Assembly: GCA_964016885.1 (NCBI GenBank)
Contig: OZ024749.1
Span: 13,888,001 to 13,952,000, forward strand
Length of the DNA stretch: 64,000 nt
Source of the DNA: Eledone cirrhosa
Taxonomy: Eukaryota
Direction: 5' to 3'
Part shown: positions 1 to 13,731 of the stretch, piece after piece
How positions within the stretch are numbered: position 1 is the first letter of the stretch
How the letters are laid out: the number at the start of each line of letters is the position of its first letter
The notes under the pieces: model-generated
What the model was told of the DNA's origin: nothing
What the model saw: the letters and a program-made list of their open reading frames with translations, nothing else
The model's database searches: none
Made by a program: the position numbers and the translations under genes

Positions 1-3000
1 ATGGTCAGTTGTGGAAGGGAGGAGGCCAGAGTCTATTTAGTTATTTGTATTTAAGAGGGTGATGGTCAGTTGTGGAAGGGAGGAGGCCAGAGTCTATTTA
101 GTTATTTGTATTTAAGAGGGTGATGGTCAGTTGTGGAAGGGAGGAGGCCAGTGTCTATTTAGTTATTTGCATTTAAAAGGGTGATGGTCAGTTGTGGAAG
201 GGAGGAGGCCAGAGTCTATTTAGTTATTTGCATTTAAAAGGGTGATGGTCAGTTGTGGAAGGGAGGAGGCCAGTGTCTATTTAGTTATTTGCATTTAAAA
301 GGGTGATGGTCAGTTGTGGAAGGGAGGAGGCCAGAGTCTATTTAGTTATTTGTATTTAAGAGGGTGATGGTCAGTTGTGGAAGGGAGGAGGCCAGAGTCT
401 ATTTAGTTATTTGCATTTAAAAGGGTGATGGTCAGTTGTGGAAGGGAGGAGGCCAGAGTCTATTTAGTTATTTGTATTTAAGAGGGTGATGGTCAGTTGT
501 GGAAGGGAGGAGGCCAGAGTCTATTTAGTTATTTGTATTTAAGAGGGTGATGGTCAGTTGTGGAAGGGAGGAGGCCAGAGTCTATTTAGTTATTTGCATT
601 TAAAAGGGTGATGGTCAGTTGTGGAAGGGAGGAGGCCAGAGTCTATTTAGTTATTTGCATTTAAAAGGGTGATGGTCAGTTGTGGAAGGGAGGAGGCCAG
701 AGTCTATTTAGTTATTTGTATTTAAGAGGGTGATGGTCAGTTGTGGAAGGGAGGAGGCCAGAGTCTATTTAGTTATTTGTATTTAAGAGGGTGATGGTCA
801 GTTGTGGAAGGGAGGAGGCCAGAGTCTATTTAGTTATTTGTATTTAAGAGGGTGATGGTCAGTTGTGGAAGGGAGGAGGCCAGAGTCTATTTAGTTATTT
901 GTATTTAAGAGGGTGATGGTCAGTTGTGGAAGGGAGGAGGCCAGTGTCTATTTAGTTATTTGCATTTAAAAGGGTGATGGTCAGTTGTGGAAGGGAGGAG
1001 GCCAGAGTCTATTTAGTTATTTGCATTTAAAAGGGTGATGGTCAGTTGTGGAAGGGAGGAGGCCAGTGTCTATTTAGTTATTTGTATTTAAGAGGGCGAT
1101 GGTCAGTTGTGGAAGGGAGGAGGCCAGAGTCTATTTAGTTATTTGTATTTAAGAGGGTGATGGTCAGTTGTGGAAGGGAGGAGGCCAGAGTCTATTTAGT
1201 TATTTGCATTTAAAAGGGTGATGGTCAGTTGTGGAAGGGAGGAGGCCAGAGTCTATTTAGTTATTTGCATTTAAAAGGGTGATGGTCAGTTGTGGAAGGG
1301 AGGAGGCCAGTGTCTATTTAGTTATTTGTATTTAAGAGGGTGATGGTCAGTTGTGGAAGGGAGGAGGCCAGAGTCTATTTAGTTATTTGCATTTAAAAGG
1401 GTGATGGTCAGTTGTGGAAGGGAGGAGGCCAGAGTCTATTTAGTTATTTGCATTTAAAAGGGTGATGGTCAGTTGTGGAAGGGAGGAGGCCAGAGTCTAT
1501 TTAGTTATTTGCATTTAAAAGGGTGATGGTCAGTTGTGGAAGGGAGGAGGCCAGAGTCTATTTAGTTATTTGCATTTAAAAGGGTGATGGTCAGTTGTGG
1601 AAGGGAGGAGGCCAGAGTCTATTTAGTTATTTGTATTTAAGAGGGTGATGGTCAGTTGTGGAAGGGAGGAGGCCAGAGTCTATTTAGTTATTTGCATTTA
1701 AAAGGGTGATGGTCAGTTGTGGAAGGGAGGAGGCCAGAGTCTATTTAGTTATTTGTATTTAAGAGGGTGATGGTCAGTTGTGGAAGGGAGGAGGCCAGAG
1801 TCTATTTAGTTATTTGTATTTAAGAGGGTGATGGTCAGTTGTGGAAGGGAGGAGGCCAGAGTCTATTTAGTTATTTGTATTTAAGAGGGTGATGGTCAGT
1901 TGTGGAAGGGAAGAGGCCAGAGTCTATTTAGTTATTTGTATTTAAGAGGGTGATGGTCAGTTGTGGAAGGGAGGAGGCCAGAGTCTATTTAGTTATTTGC
2001 ATTTAAAAGGGTGATGGTCAGTTGTGGAAGGGAGGAGGCCAGAGTCTATTTAGTTATTTGCATTTAAAAGGGTGATGGTCAGTTGTGGAAGGGAGGAGGC
2101 CAGAGTCTATTTAGTTATTTGTATTTAAGAGGGTGATGGTCAGTTGTGGAAGGGAGGAGGCCAGAGTCTATTTAGTTATTTGCATTTAAAAGGGTGATGG
2201 TCAGTTGTGGAAGGGAGGAGGCCAGAGTCTATTTAGTTATTTGTATTTAAGAGGGTGATGGTCAGTTGTGGAAGGGAGGAGGCCAGAGTCTATTTAGTTA
2301 TTTGTATTTAAGAGGGTGATGGTCAGTTGTGGAAGGGAGGAGGCCAGAGTCTATTTAGTTATTTGTATTTAAGAGGGTGATGGTCAGTTGTGGAAGGGAA
2401 GAGGCCAGAGTCTATTTAGTTATTTGTATTTAAGAGGGTGATGGTCAGTTGTGGAAGGGAGGAGGCCAGAGTCTATTTAGTTATTTGTATTTAAGAGGGT
2501 GATGGTCAGTTGTGGAAGGGAGGAGGCCAGAGTCTATTTAGTTATTTGTATTTAAGAGGGTGATGGTCAGTTGTGGAAGGGAGGAGGCCAGAGTCTATTT
2601 AGTTATTTGTATTTAAGAGGGTGATGGTCAGTTGTGGAAGGGAGGAGGCCAGAGTCTATTTAGTTATTTGTATTTAAGAGGGTGATGGTCAGTTGTGGAA
2701 GGGAGGAGGCCAGTGTCTATTTAGTTATTTGCATTTAAAAGGGTGATGGTCAGTTGTGGAAGGGAGGAGGCCAGAGTCTATTTAGTTATTTGCATTTAAA
2801 AGGGTGATGGTCAGTTGTGGAAGGGAGGAGGCCAGTGTCTATTTAGTTATTTGTATTTAAGAGGGTGATGGTCAGTTGTGGAAGGGAGGAGGCCAGAGTC
2901 TATTTAGTTATTTGTATTTAAGAGGGTGATGGTCAGTTGTGGAAGGGAGGAGGCCAGAGTCTATTTAGTTATTTGCATTTAAAAGGGTGATGGTCAGTTG

Positions 3001-6000
3001 TGGAAGGGAGGAGGCCAGAGTCTATTTAGTTATTTGTATTTAAGAGGGTGATGGTCAGTTGTGGAAGGGAGGAGGCCAGAGTCTATTTAGTTATTTGTAT
3101 TTAAGAGGGTGATGGTCAGTTGTGGAAGGGAGGAGGCCAGAGTCTATTTAGTTATTTGCATTTAAAAGGGTGATGGTCAGTTGTGGAAGGGAGGAGGCCA
3201 GTGTCTATTTAGTTATTTGCATTTAAGAGGGTGATGGTCAGTTGTGGAAGGGAGGAGGCCAGAGTCTATTTAGTTATTTGTATTTAAGAGGGTGATGGTC
3301 AGTTGTGGAAGGGAGGAGGCCAGAGTCTATTTAGTTATTTGCATTTAAAAGGGTGATGGTCAGTTGTGGAAGGGAGGAGGCCAGAGTCTATTTAGTTATT
3401 TGTATTTAAGAGGGTGATGGTCAGTTGTGGAAGGGAGGAGGCCAGAGTCTATTTAGTTATTTGCATTTAAAAGGGTGATGGTCAGTTGTGGAAGGGAGGA
3501 GGCCAGAGTCTATTTAGTTATTTGTATTTAAGAGGGTGATGGTCAGTTGTGGAAGGGAGGAGGCCAGAGTCTATTTAGTTATTTGTATTTAAGAGGGTGA
3601 TGGTCAGTTGTGGAAGGGAGGAGGCCAGAGTCTATTTAGTTATTTGTATTTAAGAGGGTGATGGTCAGTTGTGGAAGGGAGGAGGCCAGAGTCTATTTAG
3701 TTATTTGCATTTAAAAGGGTGATGGTCAGTTGTGGAAGGGAGGAGGCCAGAGTCTATTTAGTTATTTGCATTTAAAAGGGTGATGGTCAGTTGTGGAAGG
3801 GAGGAGGCCAGAGTCTATTTAGTTATTTGCATTTAAAATGGTGATGGTCAGTTGTGGAAGGGGGGAGGCCAGAGTCTATTTAGTTATTTGTATTTAAGAG
3901 GGTGATGGTCAGTTGTGGAAGGGAGGAGGCCAGAGTCTATTTAGTTATTTGCATTTAAAAGGGTGATGGTCAGTTGTGGAAGGGAGGAGGCCAGAGTCTA
4001 TTTAGTTATTTGCATTTAAAAGGGTGATGGTCAGTTGTGGAAGGGAGGAGGCCAGAGTCTATTTAGTTATTTGCATTTAAAAGGGTGATGGTCAGTTGTG
4101 GAAGGGAGGAGGCCAGAGTCTATTTAGTTATTTGTATTTAAGAGGGTGATGGTCAGTTGTGGAAGGGAGGAGGCCAGAGTCTATTTAGTTATTTGCATTT
4201 AAAAGGGTGATGGTCAGTTGTGGAAGGGAGGAGGCCAGAGTCTATTTAGTTATTTGTATTTAAGAGGGTGATGGTCAGTTGTGGAAGGGAGGAGGCCAGA
4301 GTCTATTTAGTTATTTGTATTTAAGAGGGTGATGGTCAGTTGTGGAAGGGAGGAGGCCAGAGTCTATTTAGTTATTTGTATTTAAGAGGGTGATGGTCAG
4401 TTGTGGAAGGGAGGAGGCCAGAGTCTATTTAGTTATTTGCATTTAAAAGGGTGATGGTCAGTTGTGGAAGGGAGGAGGCCAGAGTCTATTTAGTTATTTG
4501 CATTTAAAAGGGTGATGGTCAGTTGTGGAAGGGAGGAGGCCAGAGTCTATTTAGTTATTTGCATTTAAAAGGGTGATGGTCAGTTGTGGAAGGGAGGAGG
4601 CCAGAGTCTATTTAGTTATTTGCATTTAAAAGGGTGATGGTCAGTTGTGGAAGGGAGGAGGCCAGAGTCTATTTAGTTATTTGCATTTAAAAGGGTGATG
4701 GTCAGTTGTGGAAGGGAGGAGGCCAGAGTCTATTTAGTTATTTGCATTTAAAAGGGTGATGGTCAGTTGTGGAAGGGAGGAGGCCAGAGTCTATTTAGTT
4801 ATTTGCATTTAAAAGGGTGATGGTCAGTTGTGGAAGGGAGGAGGCCAGAGTCTATTTAGTTATTTGCATTTAAAAGGGTGATGGTCAGTTGTGGAAGGGA
4901 GGAGGCCAGAGTCTATTTAGTTATTTGTATTTAAGAGGATGATGGTCAGTTGTGGAAGGGAGGAGGCCAGAGTCTATTTAGTTATTTGTATTTAAGAGGG
5001 TGATGGTCAGTTGTGGAAGGGAGGAGGCCAGAGTCTATTTAGTTATTTGTATTTAAGAGGGTGATGGTCAGTTGTGGAAGGGAGGAGGCCAGAGTCTATT
5101 TAGTTATTTGCATTTAAAAGGGTGATGGTCAGTTGTGGAAGGGAGGAGGCCAGAGTCTATTTAGTTATTTGCATTTAAAAGGGTGATGGTCAGTTGTGGA
5201 AGGGAGGAGGCCAGAGTCTATTTAGTTATTTGCATTTAAAAGGGTGATGGTCAGTTGTGGAAGGGAGGAGGCCAGAATCTATTTAGTTATTTGTATTTAA
5301 GAGGGTGATGGTCAGTTGTGGAAGGGAGGAGGCCAGAGTCTATTTAGTTATTTGCATTTAAAAGGGTGATGGTCAGTTGTGGAAGGGAGGAGGCCAGAGT
5401 CTATTTAGTTATTTGCATTTAAAAGGGTGATGGTCAGTTGTGGAAGGGAGGAGGCCAGAGTCTATTTAGTTATTTGTATTTAAGAGGGTGATGGTCAGTT
5501 GTGGAAGGGAGGAGGCCAGAGTCTATTTAGTTATTTGTATTTAAGAGGGTGATGGTCAGTTGTGGAAGGGAGGAGGCCAGAGTCTATTTAGTTATTTGTA
5601 TTTAAGAGGGTGATGGTCAGTTGTGGAAGGGAGGAGGCCAGAGTCTATTTAGTTATTTGCATTTAAAAGGGTGATGGTCAGTTGTGGAAGGGAGGAGGCC
5701 AGAGTCTATTTAGTTATTTGCATTTAAAAGGGTGATGGTCAGTTGTGGAAGGGAGGAGGCCAGTGTCTATTTAGTTATTTGTATTTAAGAGGGTGATGGT
5801 CAGTTGTGGAAGGGAGGAGGCCAGAGTCTATTTAGTTATTTGTATTTAAGAGGGTGATGGTCAGTTGTGGAAGGGAGGAGGCCAGAGTCTATTTAGTTAT
5901 TTGTATTTAAGAGGGTGATGGTCAGTTGTGGAAGGGAGGAGGCCAGAGTCTATTTAGTTATTTGTATTTAAGAGGGTGATGGTCAGTTGTGGAAGGGAGG

Positions 6001-7957
6001 AGGCCAGAGTCTATTTAGTTATTTGTATTTAAGAGGGTGATGGTCAGTTGTGGAAGGGAGGAGGCCAGAGTCTATTTAGTTATTTGTATTTAAGAGGGTG
6101 ATGGTCAGTTGTGGAAGGGAGGAGGCCAGAGTCTATTTAGTTATTTGTATTTAAGAGGGTGATGGTCAGTTGTGGAAGGGAGGAGGCCAGAGTCTATTTA
6201 GTTATTTGTATTTAAGAGGGTGATGGTCAGTTGTGGAAGGGAGGAGGCCAGAGTCTATTTAGTTATTTGTATTTAAGAGGGTGATGGTCAGTTGTGGAAG
6301 GGAGGAGGCCAGAGTCTATTTAGTTATTTGTATTTAAGAGGGTGATGGTCAGTTGTGGAAGGGAGGAGGCCAGTGTCTATTTAGTTATTTGCATTTAAAA
6401 GGGTGATGGTCAGTTGTGGAAGGGAGGAGGCCAGTGTCTATTTAGTTATTTGTATTTAAGAGGGTGATGGTCAGTTGTGGAAGGGAGGAGGCCAGAATCT
6501 ATTTAGTTATTTGTATTTAAGAGGGTGATGGTCAGTTGTGGAAGGGAGGAGGCCAGAGTCTATTTAGTTATTTGTATTTAAGAGGGTGATGGTCAGTTGT
6601 GGAAGGGAGGAGGCCAGAGTCTATTTAGTTATTTGTATTTAAGAGGGTGATGGTCAGTTGTGGAAGGGAGGAGGCCAGAGTCTATTTAGTTATTTGTATT
6701 TAAGAGGGTGATGGTCAGTTGTGGAAGGGAGGAGGCCAGAGTCTATTTAGTTATTTGTATTTAAGAGGGTGATGGTCAGTTGTGGAAGGGAGGAGGCCAG
6801 AGTCTATTTAGTTATTTGTATTTAAGAGGGTGATGGTCAGTTGTGGAAGGGAGGAGGCCAGAGTCTATTTAGTTATTTGCATTTAAAAGGGTGATGGTCA
6901 GTTGTGGAAGGGAGGAGGCCAGAGTCTATTTAGTTATTTGCATTTAAAAGGGTGATGGTCAGTTGTGGAAGGGAGGAGGCCAGTGTCTATTTAGTTATTT
7001 GTATTTAAGAGGGTGATGGTCAGTTGTGGAAGGGAGGAGGCCAGAGTCTATTTAGTTATTTGTATTTAAGAGGGTGATGGTCAGTTGTGGAAGGGAGGAG
7101 GCCAGAGTCTATTTAGTTATTTGTATTTAAGAGGGTGATGGTCAGTTGTGGAAGGGAGGAGGCCAGAGTCTATTTAGTTATTTGTATTTAAGAGGGTGAT
7201 GGTCAGTTGTGGAAGGGAGGAGGCTAGAGTCTATTTAGTTATTTGTATTTAAGAGGGTGATGGTCAGTTGCGGAAGGGAGGAGGCCAGAGTCTATTTAGT
7301 TATTTGTATTTAAGAGGGTGATGGTCAGTTGTGGAAGGGAGGAGGCCAGAGTCTATTTAGTTATTTGTATTTAAGAGGGTGATGGTCAGTTGTGGAAGGG
7401 AGGAGGCCAGAGTCTATTTAGTTATTTGTATTTAAGAGGGTGATGGTCAGTTGTGGAAGGGAGGAGGCCAGAGTCTATTTAGTTATTTGTATTTAAGAGG
7501 GTGATGGTCAGTTGTGGAAGGGAGGAGGCCAGAGTCTATTTAGTTATTTGTATTTAAGAGGGTGATGGTCAGTTGTGGAAGGGAGGAGGCCAGAGTCTAT
7601 TTAGTTATTTGTATTTAAGAGGGTGATGGTCAGTTGTGGAAGGGAGGAGGCCAGAGTCTATTTAGTTATTTGTATTTAAGAGGGTGATGGTCAGTTGTGG
7701 AAGGGAGGATGCCAGAGTCTATTTAGTTATTTGTATTTAAGAGGGTGATGGTCAGTTGTGGAAGGGAGGAGGCCAGTGTCTATTTAGTTATTTGCATTTA
7801 AGAGGGTGATGGTCAGTTGTGGAAGGGAGGAGGCCAGAGTCTATTTAGTTATTTGTATTTAAGAGGGTGATGGTCAGTTGTGGAAGGGAGGAGGCCAGTG
7901 TCTATTTAGTTATTTGTATTTAAGAGGGTGATGGTCCATTGTGGAAGGGAGGAGGCC
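1..7957. repeat. 61-bp tandem satellite, ~130 copies, runs off the left edge
   Basis: Unit ATGGTCAGTTGTGGAAGGGAGGAGGCCAGAGTCTATTTAGTTATTTGTATTTAAGAGGGTG shifts 1 nt per 60-nt line. Units are near-identical, with two main variants. Confidence 0.99.
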
Positions 7958-8005
7958 ACAACTGTGGTGGTGGTGGTGTTGTTGTTGTTGTTGTTGGCGG
8001 TGTTG

Positions 8006-8037
<32 letters not shown>

Positions 8038-8222
8038 GGTGGTGGTGGCAGTTTTGTTGTTGATGGTGGTGGTGGTGTTGATGTTGGCGGTGGTGGTGTT
8101 GTTGCTGTTGTTGCTGTTGTTGGTGGTGGTGGCAGTTTTGTTGTTGATGGTGGTGGTGTTGCTGTTGTTGTTGATGTTGTTGTTGGTGGTGGTGGTGATG
8201 ACGGTGGTGTTGTTGTTGGTGG

Positions 8223-8253
<31 letters not shown>

Positions 8254-8472
8254 GGTGTTGGTGGTGTTGTTGTTGTTGTTGTTGTTGGTCGTGGTGTTGT
8301 TGTTGGTGGTGGTGATGTTGTTGGAGGTGATGTTGTTGTTGTTGTTGTTGGTGGTGTTGTTGTTGTTGGTGTTAGTGGTGGTGGTGGTGATGATATTGTT
8401 GTTGTTGATGGTGGCTGTTGTTGTTGTTGGTGGAGGTGGTGGTGCTGCTGCTGCTGTTGCTGCTGGTGCTGG

Positions 8473-8516
<44 letters not shown>

Positions 8517-8624
8517 TATGTTGTTGTTGTTGATCATGTTCCTGTTGCTGTCCACAGCAGATATTGATGACTGATGAGCCATTGATTGTGAAACTCTGAT
8601 GTCACACTGACCCTGTATTTCTGT
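7920..8624 (-). CDS. Possible terminal exon encoding a Gln/Pro/Thr-rich low-complexity tail (weak)
   Basis: On the minus strand, ACTAATATTAG|ACAGAA is an acceptor-like site. It is followed by non-repetitive TEIQGQCDIRVSQSMAHQSSISAVDS, then poly-Q and poly-PT, ending LWPPPFHNGPSPS-TAA. Most of the open frame is explained by (CAA/CCA)n. Confidence 0.25.
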
Positions 8625-8666
8625 CTAATATTAGTAATGATGCTAATGACAATGAAGGTTATGGTA

Positions 8667-8667
8667 A

Positions 8668-8761
<94 letters not shown>

Positions 8762-8794
8762 AAGAAGAAGAAGAAGAAGAAGAAGAAGAAGAAG

Positions 8795-8830
<36 letters not shown>
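8667..8830. repeat. Compound trinucleotide microsatellite (ACT)n(AAT)n(AGA)n(ACA)n
   Basis: Four abutting pure triplet runs. Confidence 0.97.
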
Positions 8831-8831
<1 letters not shown>

Positions 8832-8914
8832 CTTTGCTTTCAGTAATGAATATTCTATTTCCTCTTTATTCAAATTTAAGTCTTTACACACACATGTACA
8901 TAAATGTGTATGTG

Positions 8915-8964
<50 letters not shown>

Positions 8965-9477
8965 TGTATGTATATAATGCAAGGCTAGTAGTCACAATAT
9001 ATATATGTGTGTGTGTATGTGTGTGTGTGTGTGTATCCACCAACCATCTCCACCCAGCACTTGTGACAAGGAAGTGGTTAATAGTGGCGATATATTTTCT
9101 CATTTAAAGAACTAATTATAAAAACGTACAGACCGAGAAATTCAAATAGAAGACAGAGAGAGAGGAGGGAGGAGTGATAGAAAGGGAGGAAGATAGAAGG
9201 AGAGATAGAGAGACTAAAAGAATAGGTGTAAGAGAAGGAGAGATTTCTATAAATGATAAACAGTAAATTGAAAGGGTAATAAATATATAGAGAACGGTGT
9301 TTAAGAACAATAAGTAAGGGAGGTAATTTGGTAGTTAAAAATAGTCTATAAAAAAATAATAAAATTCTGAAAAAATAAGGAGCTGATTGCTGGAAAGTCT
9401 ATTTAAGGAATAGAAAAAGGAAAATATTAGTGAGTTTGTAGAGGAGTGCCCATGTGAAAGTGGAGAGGTGATATGAG

Positions 9478-9720
9478 TGGTCAGTGAGTGAGATCTCTGG
9501 TATTATGATTTCTTTTCATCTGGTAAAGGTAAATTCTTTCAGTTTTTAAGATCAATTTGAAGGTGTTGGGGCAGCAATTGAAGATATCTATCTGGTAATA
9601 TGTATGGTCAGTGAATGGGGTCTGTAGTATTAAGATTTCTTTTCATGCGGTAAAGACAGATTTTTCCAGTTCTTTAAGATGAATTTGAAGGTGAGTGGAC
9701 AGTGATTATAGGAATCTATG
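9478..9720. repeat. Diverged local duplication of ~120 bp
   Basis: GGTCAGTGA...GATTTCTTTTCAT...TTTAAGAT.AATTTGAAGGTG occurs at ~9479 and ~9606. Confidence 0.75.
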
Positions 9721-10103
9721 CTCATGTTCAAACAGTTGATGGAGTTGTACAGATTTTTCAGTGTTTCATCTTTGTGACATACTGAGTTTCATCTAATCGA
9801 GCCATTTGCATAGAGTAGGGATCTACCATTTGATGGAGATTAGTACCCCTGTCTTCAAGGATATCTGAAAATTATCCTGTGGTTTCAGAAGCAGTTTTGA
9901 AACAGACCTTCCAACATACCACCTTTCCACAAAAACAAATTTTGTTTTGCTTTGATAGGATATTCTTATCTACACAATATTGAGTGCTAAAAGGGTTATG
10001 TCCTACCTTAATGGAGTAGAATATTGATGAGTACACACACACACATACACACACACATATATATATATACATATATATTTATATTCATACATATATATAT
10101 ATA

Positions 10104-10402
10104 ACAGAAAAAAAGAGAATCAGTGTTACGACGAATGGAATTTATTGGACATATTACAATCGTTTCTCTGGCGACCAGCTCGAGGCATGATCAATGTGAT
10201 GATCGAACCTGACTCTGAAAATCCCATAGGAAATCTGCTTTGTAGAATCAAGACAATCGTGCCTCGAACTGGTCGCCAAAGAAACGATTATGTCCAATAA
10301 ATTCCATTCGTCGCAACACTGATTCTCTTTTTTTCTGTGATATCATACTCTGCTCTATGAGAGCATCGAGTGCTCATACGGCCTACCGCTTATGGACGCT
10401 TT
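10104..10402. mobile_element. Fold-back Penelope-like pLTR remnant in (TA)n
   Basis: Arms 10104-10191 and 10256-10338 are reverse complements. The left arm (minus) reads GAAAC-GATT-GTA...AATAAA. The 3' extension holds a bulged hairpin at 10347-10374. Confidence 0.7.
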
Positions 10403-10416
10403 AAGCATCCAACACC

Positions 10417-10470
<54 letters not shown>

Positions 10471-10530
10471 CATTATACTTGCTAAGATTAGAAGCTATAT
10501 AGCTTCTAATTTGAATAGAAGGAGATGGGT

Positions 10531-10608
10531 GGTGTGTTGGTGTAATGGTAGCACAGTGGTCTGGATAACCAAAGATATGGGTTTGACTCCCATGTATGTC
10601 AATACTCA
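10531..10608 (+). mobile_element. tRNA-derived (Gln-like) SINE head or tRNA pseudogene
   Basis: A-box TGGTGTAATGGT, B-box-like GGTTTGACTCC and cloverleaf-like arms. The same sequence recurs on the minus strand at ~62003-62061. Confidence 0.65.
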
Positions 10609-10623
10609 TACACACACACACAT

Positions 10624-10661
<38 letters not shown>

Positions 10662-10904
10662 GAAATGCATGCATCCTAAATGCAAGTATCCCTGTGGATG
10701 GAAAAGAAGTTGATAAAGGTGTCTGCAAGCAATGGAACCAAACATCTTTGGAATGCCAGGCTAGTGCATTAACCACTACACTAAAGAGCTACTTGATACC
10801 AATTCCATTGTTTAGATGATTTTAATCTTATAAATAGCAGTGTAGACAAAATATTTGACTTGGGAAGCATTCGAAGAATTTGAAATTTGCAAAGAACTAT
10901 AAAA

Positions 10905-11292
10905 ATTGTTCTACTTTAGGCATAAGGCCAGCAATTTGGGGGGAGGGGAAAGTTGATTAAATCGACCCCAGTTACTGGTGCTTTATTTTATTGACCACGT
11001 AAGGTTGAAAGGTATCACTAATCTCAGCGGGATTTGAACTCAGAATGTAAAGTGCCATAACTCTATGCTGCAAACCATGGTGTCTGAGACTTTACCATAA
11101 TAATAGTTTCTACTTTTGGCACAAGGCCAGCAATTATTCCAGTACATTACTGGTACTTTAGTTTATCGACCCCCGTAAGGATGAAAGGCAAAGTTAACCT
11201 CGGCGGGATTTGAACTCAGAATGGCAAGGGCCGTAACTCTATGAGCCAAAGCATGGTGTCCGACCCTCTACCGATACTGCCAATCCCCCGCC
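10905..11292 (-). mobile_element. Two tandem copies of abundant tRNA-headed SINE (family A; central domain resembles Deu/Nin type)
   Basis: On the minus strand: A-box TGGCAGTATCGG, B-box GAGTTCAAATCC, core GCCTTTCATCCTTACGGGGTCGATAAA...GTACCAG and an (ATT)n tail. Confidence 0.88.
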
Positions 11293-11787
11293 ATAATAAT
11301 AGGATCAGAATTGGTTTAAATAAATTCTGAATATGGAAAAATAATAGACAGAAGCATCTAGAAGGAATCGAGCCCTGGATCTCCATTTAGCATGGGGGTT
11401 AAAACATTGACCCCAAATACAAAGGGTCCATGGTGAGATTCTTTACAAGTGTCTCAAACCTCTTTTTTTGTCTCCAAGGCAACTGTGCCCGATTTTCTCA
11501 CTTGTTGTTTATAGCTGGTTAACAACATCATCATCAGCAGCAGCAACAGCATCATCATCAACAACAACACAGTATTGTTTATAATGGACCAATTCTTTAG
11601 ATTCCTTCCAGTCGTACCCAAAGAGTGAAGGAGTGGTGTACAAAATACATTGACATCAACACCCTCTATTCCCACCTCGCTCTCTGTCTCTTTATATATA
11701 TATATATATATATATGTGTATATATGTGTATATATATATGTTATGGAATAGTGTTAGCTTCTCGCTACAACAATTTCTATACTTTTC

Positions 11788-11831
<44 letters not shown>

Positions 11832-11838
11832 ATGTGTG

Positions 11839-11915
<77 letters not shown>

Positions 11916-11960
11916 CTATATATATATATATATATGTGTGTTTGTGTGTATATATATATA

Positions 11961-12007
<47 letters not shown>

Positions 12008-12165
12008 ATATGGTGTTTCTTATTACAAGAATAGGAGACAATATAATTAGTAGAGAATATATATATGTATAAATATATATATATAATAATAATAATTTAT
12101 ACATAAATATATATATTTACATATTTACATATATACACACACACAGACATATATATATACACAGA

Positions 12166-12243
<78 letters not shown>

Positions 12244-12814
12244 AACCCTTACAAAGGAAACTTTGTTTCTCCCTTTCTAGAGTTAATTACATATATATAT
12301 ACATATATATATACACACACACACACACACATATATATATACATATATACATATACATATATACATACATGCATAATACATACATTCTTATATGGATACA
12401 TACATACATACATACATACATAGATAGAAAGATACATACATACATGCATGCATACAAACATATACACACATATATAAATACATATATACAATCATACATA
12501 CATATGTACATAATACATACATATACATATACACATACATACATATACACATACATACATGCATATACACATACACACATACATGTGAAACTTGAGGTAG
12601 GCGTGTCTTGTCATATTTTCTCCATCAAATTCATGCATAAATGTAATAAAGTTTTGTAATTTTATTAAAAAATCTTAATCATTTATATTGCACACAACCA
12701 CACACTATATATATACATTTTATATATAAATATGTAAATATGTAAATATATATATATGTATATATATATATGTATATATATATATACACACACACACACA
12801 CATATATATATATC

Positions 12815-13078
12815 ATCATCATCATCATCATTATTTTACGTCCGCTTTTCCCTGTTTGCAAGGGTGGGACGGGAACTGATTCTGGCTTGATTTCTACAGC
12901 TGGATGCCCTTCCTAACACCAACCTCATTTACAGTGAGTGGTGGGTGTTTTTTTGCTGTGGCACCTCCATGTCCACTTTACAGTGGAAAGATAGAGACCC
13001 CAGTCCGATCATCTCATTTCTACTGGTGAGTAAACTGGAGCAATGTGAAATAAAGTGTCTTGCTCAAGGAAACAACAT
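12815..13078 (-). mobile_element. CORE-type SINE with RTE-derived 3' tail (5'-truncated)
   Basis: Reverse complement of 13155-13415, with CCTTGAGCAAGACACTT core and (GAT)n tail. Confidence 0.85.
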
Positions 13079-13100
13079 ATATATATATATATATATATAT

Positions 13101-13415
13101 GAGCATTGGCCTTGCAATCGAAAGGTTGTGAGTTCAATTATCAGACTGGGTGATGTGTTGTTTCCTTGAGCAAGACACTTTATTTCACATTGCTCCAGTT
13201 TACTCAGCTGTAGAAATGAGATGATAGGGACAGGGGTCACTATCATTCCACTGCAAAGTGGTCGTGGAGGTGCCACGGAAAAAAAGCACCCACCACTCAC
13301 TGTAAATGAGGTTTGTGTTAGGAAGGGCATCCAACTGTAGAAATCAAGCCAGAATCAGTTCCCGTCCCACCCTTGCAAGCAGGGAAAAAGCGGATGTAAA
13401 ATGAAATGATGATGA
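13101..13415 (+). mobile_element. CORE-type SINE with RTE-derived 3' tail
   Basis: B-box GAGTTCAATT and MIR/CORE-like CCTTGAGCAAGACACTTT. The tail TTAGGAAGGGCATCCA.CTGTAGAAATCAAGCC is shared with the RTE 3' ends at ~21940 and ~30435. Confidence 0.87.
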
Positions 13416-13488
13416 TATATATATATATATACATAGTTGAACATGAGTGAACACAGGAGCCAATTGTACACAGTTACATTAGGTTCAC

Positions 13489-13567
<79 letters not shown>

Positions 13568-13731
13568 TAATATTTGATGAACATTTACATGTTATAGTTG
13601 CAATTGACTAATAAGATCGCTAGAATGAAAAATCTTAATTCAACAACATAAGGTCTGCCTATTTATATATATATATATATATGGAGAGCATTGGACATGC
13701 AATCGAAAGGTTGTGAGTTCAATATATTTAT

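Noticed and set aside
1-7957. CRISPR-like regular array
   Set aside because: There are no unique spacers and no cas genes, and the context is eukaryotic. The same applies to the 45-, 50- and 44-bp arrays.
9758-9864. Minus-strand possible exon ILEDRGTNLHQMVDPYSMQMARLDETQYVTKMKH*
   Set aside because: It has only an acceptor-like TTTTCAG and 35 codons, which is within chance expectation without transcript data.
10531-10601. Functional tRNA-Ser(GGA) gene
   Set aside because: The acceptor stem is mostly G-U, the T-loop is altered, there is no long variable arm, and the sequence recurs as the head of a repeat.
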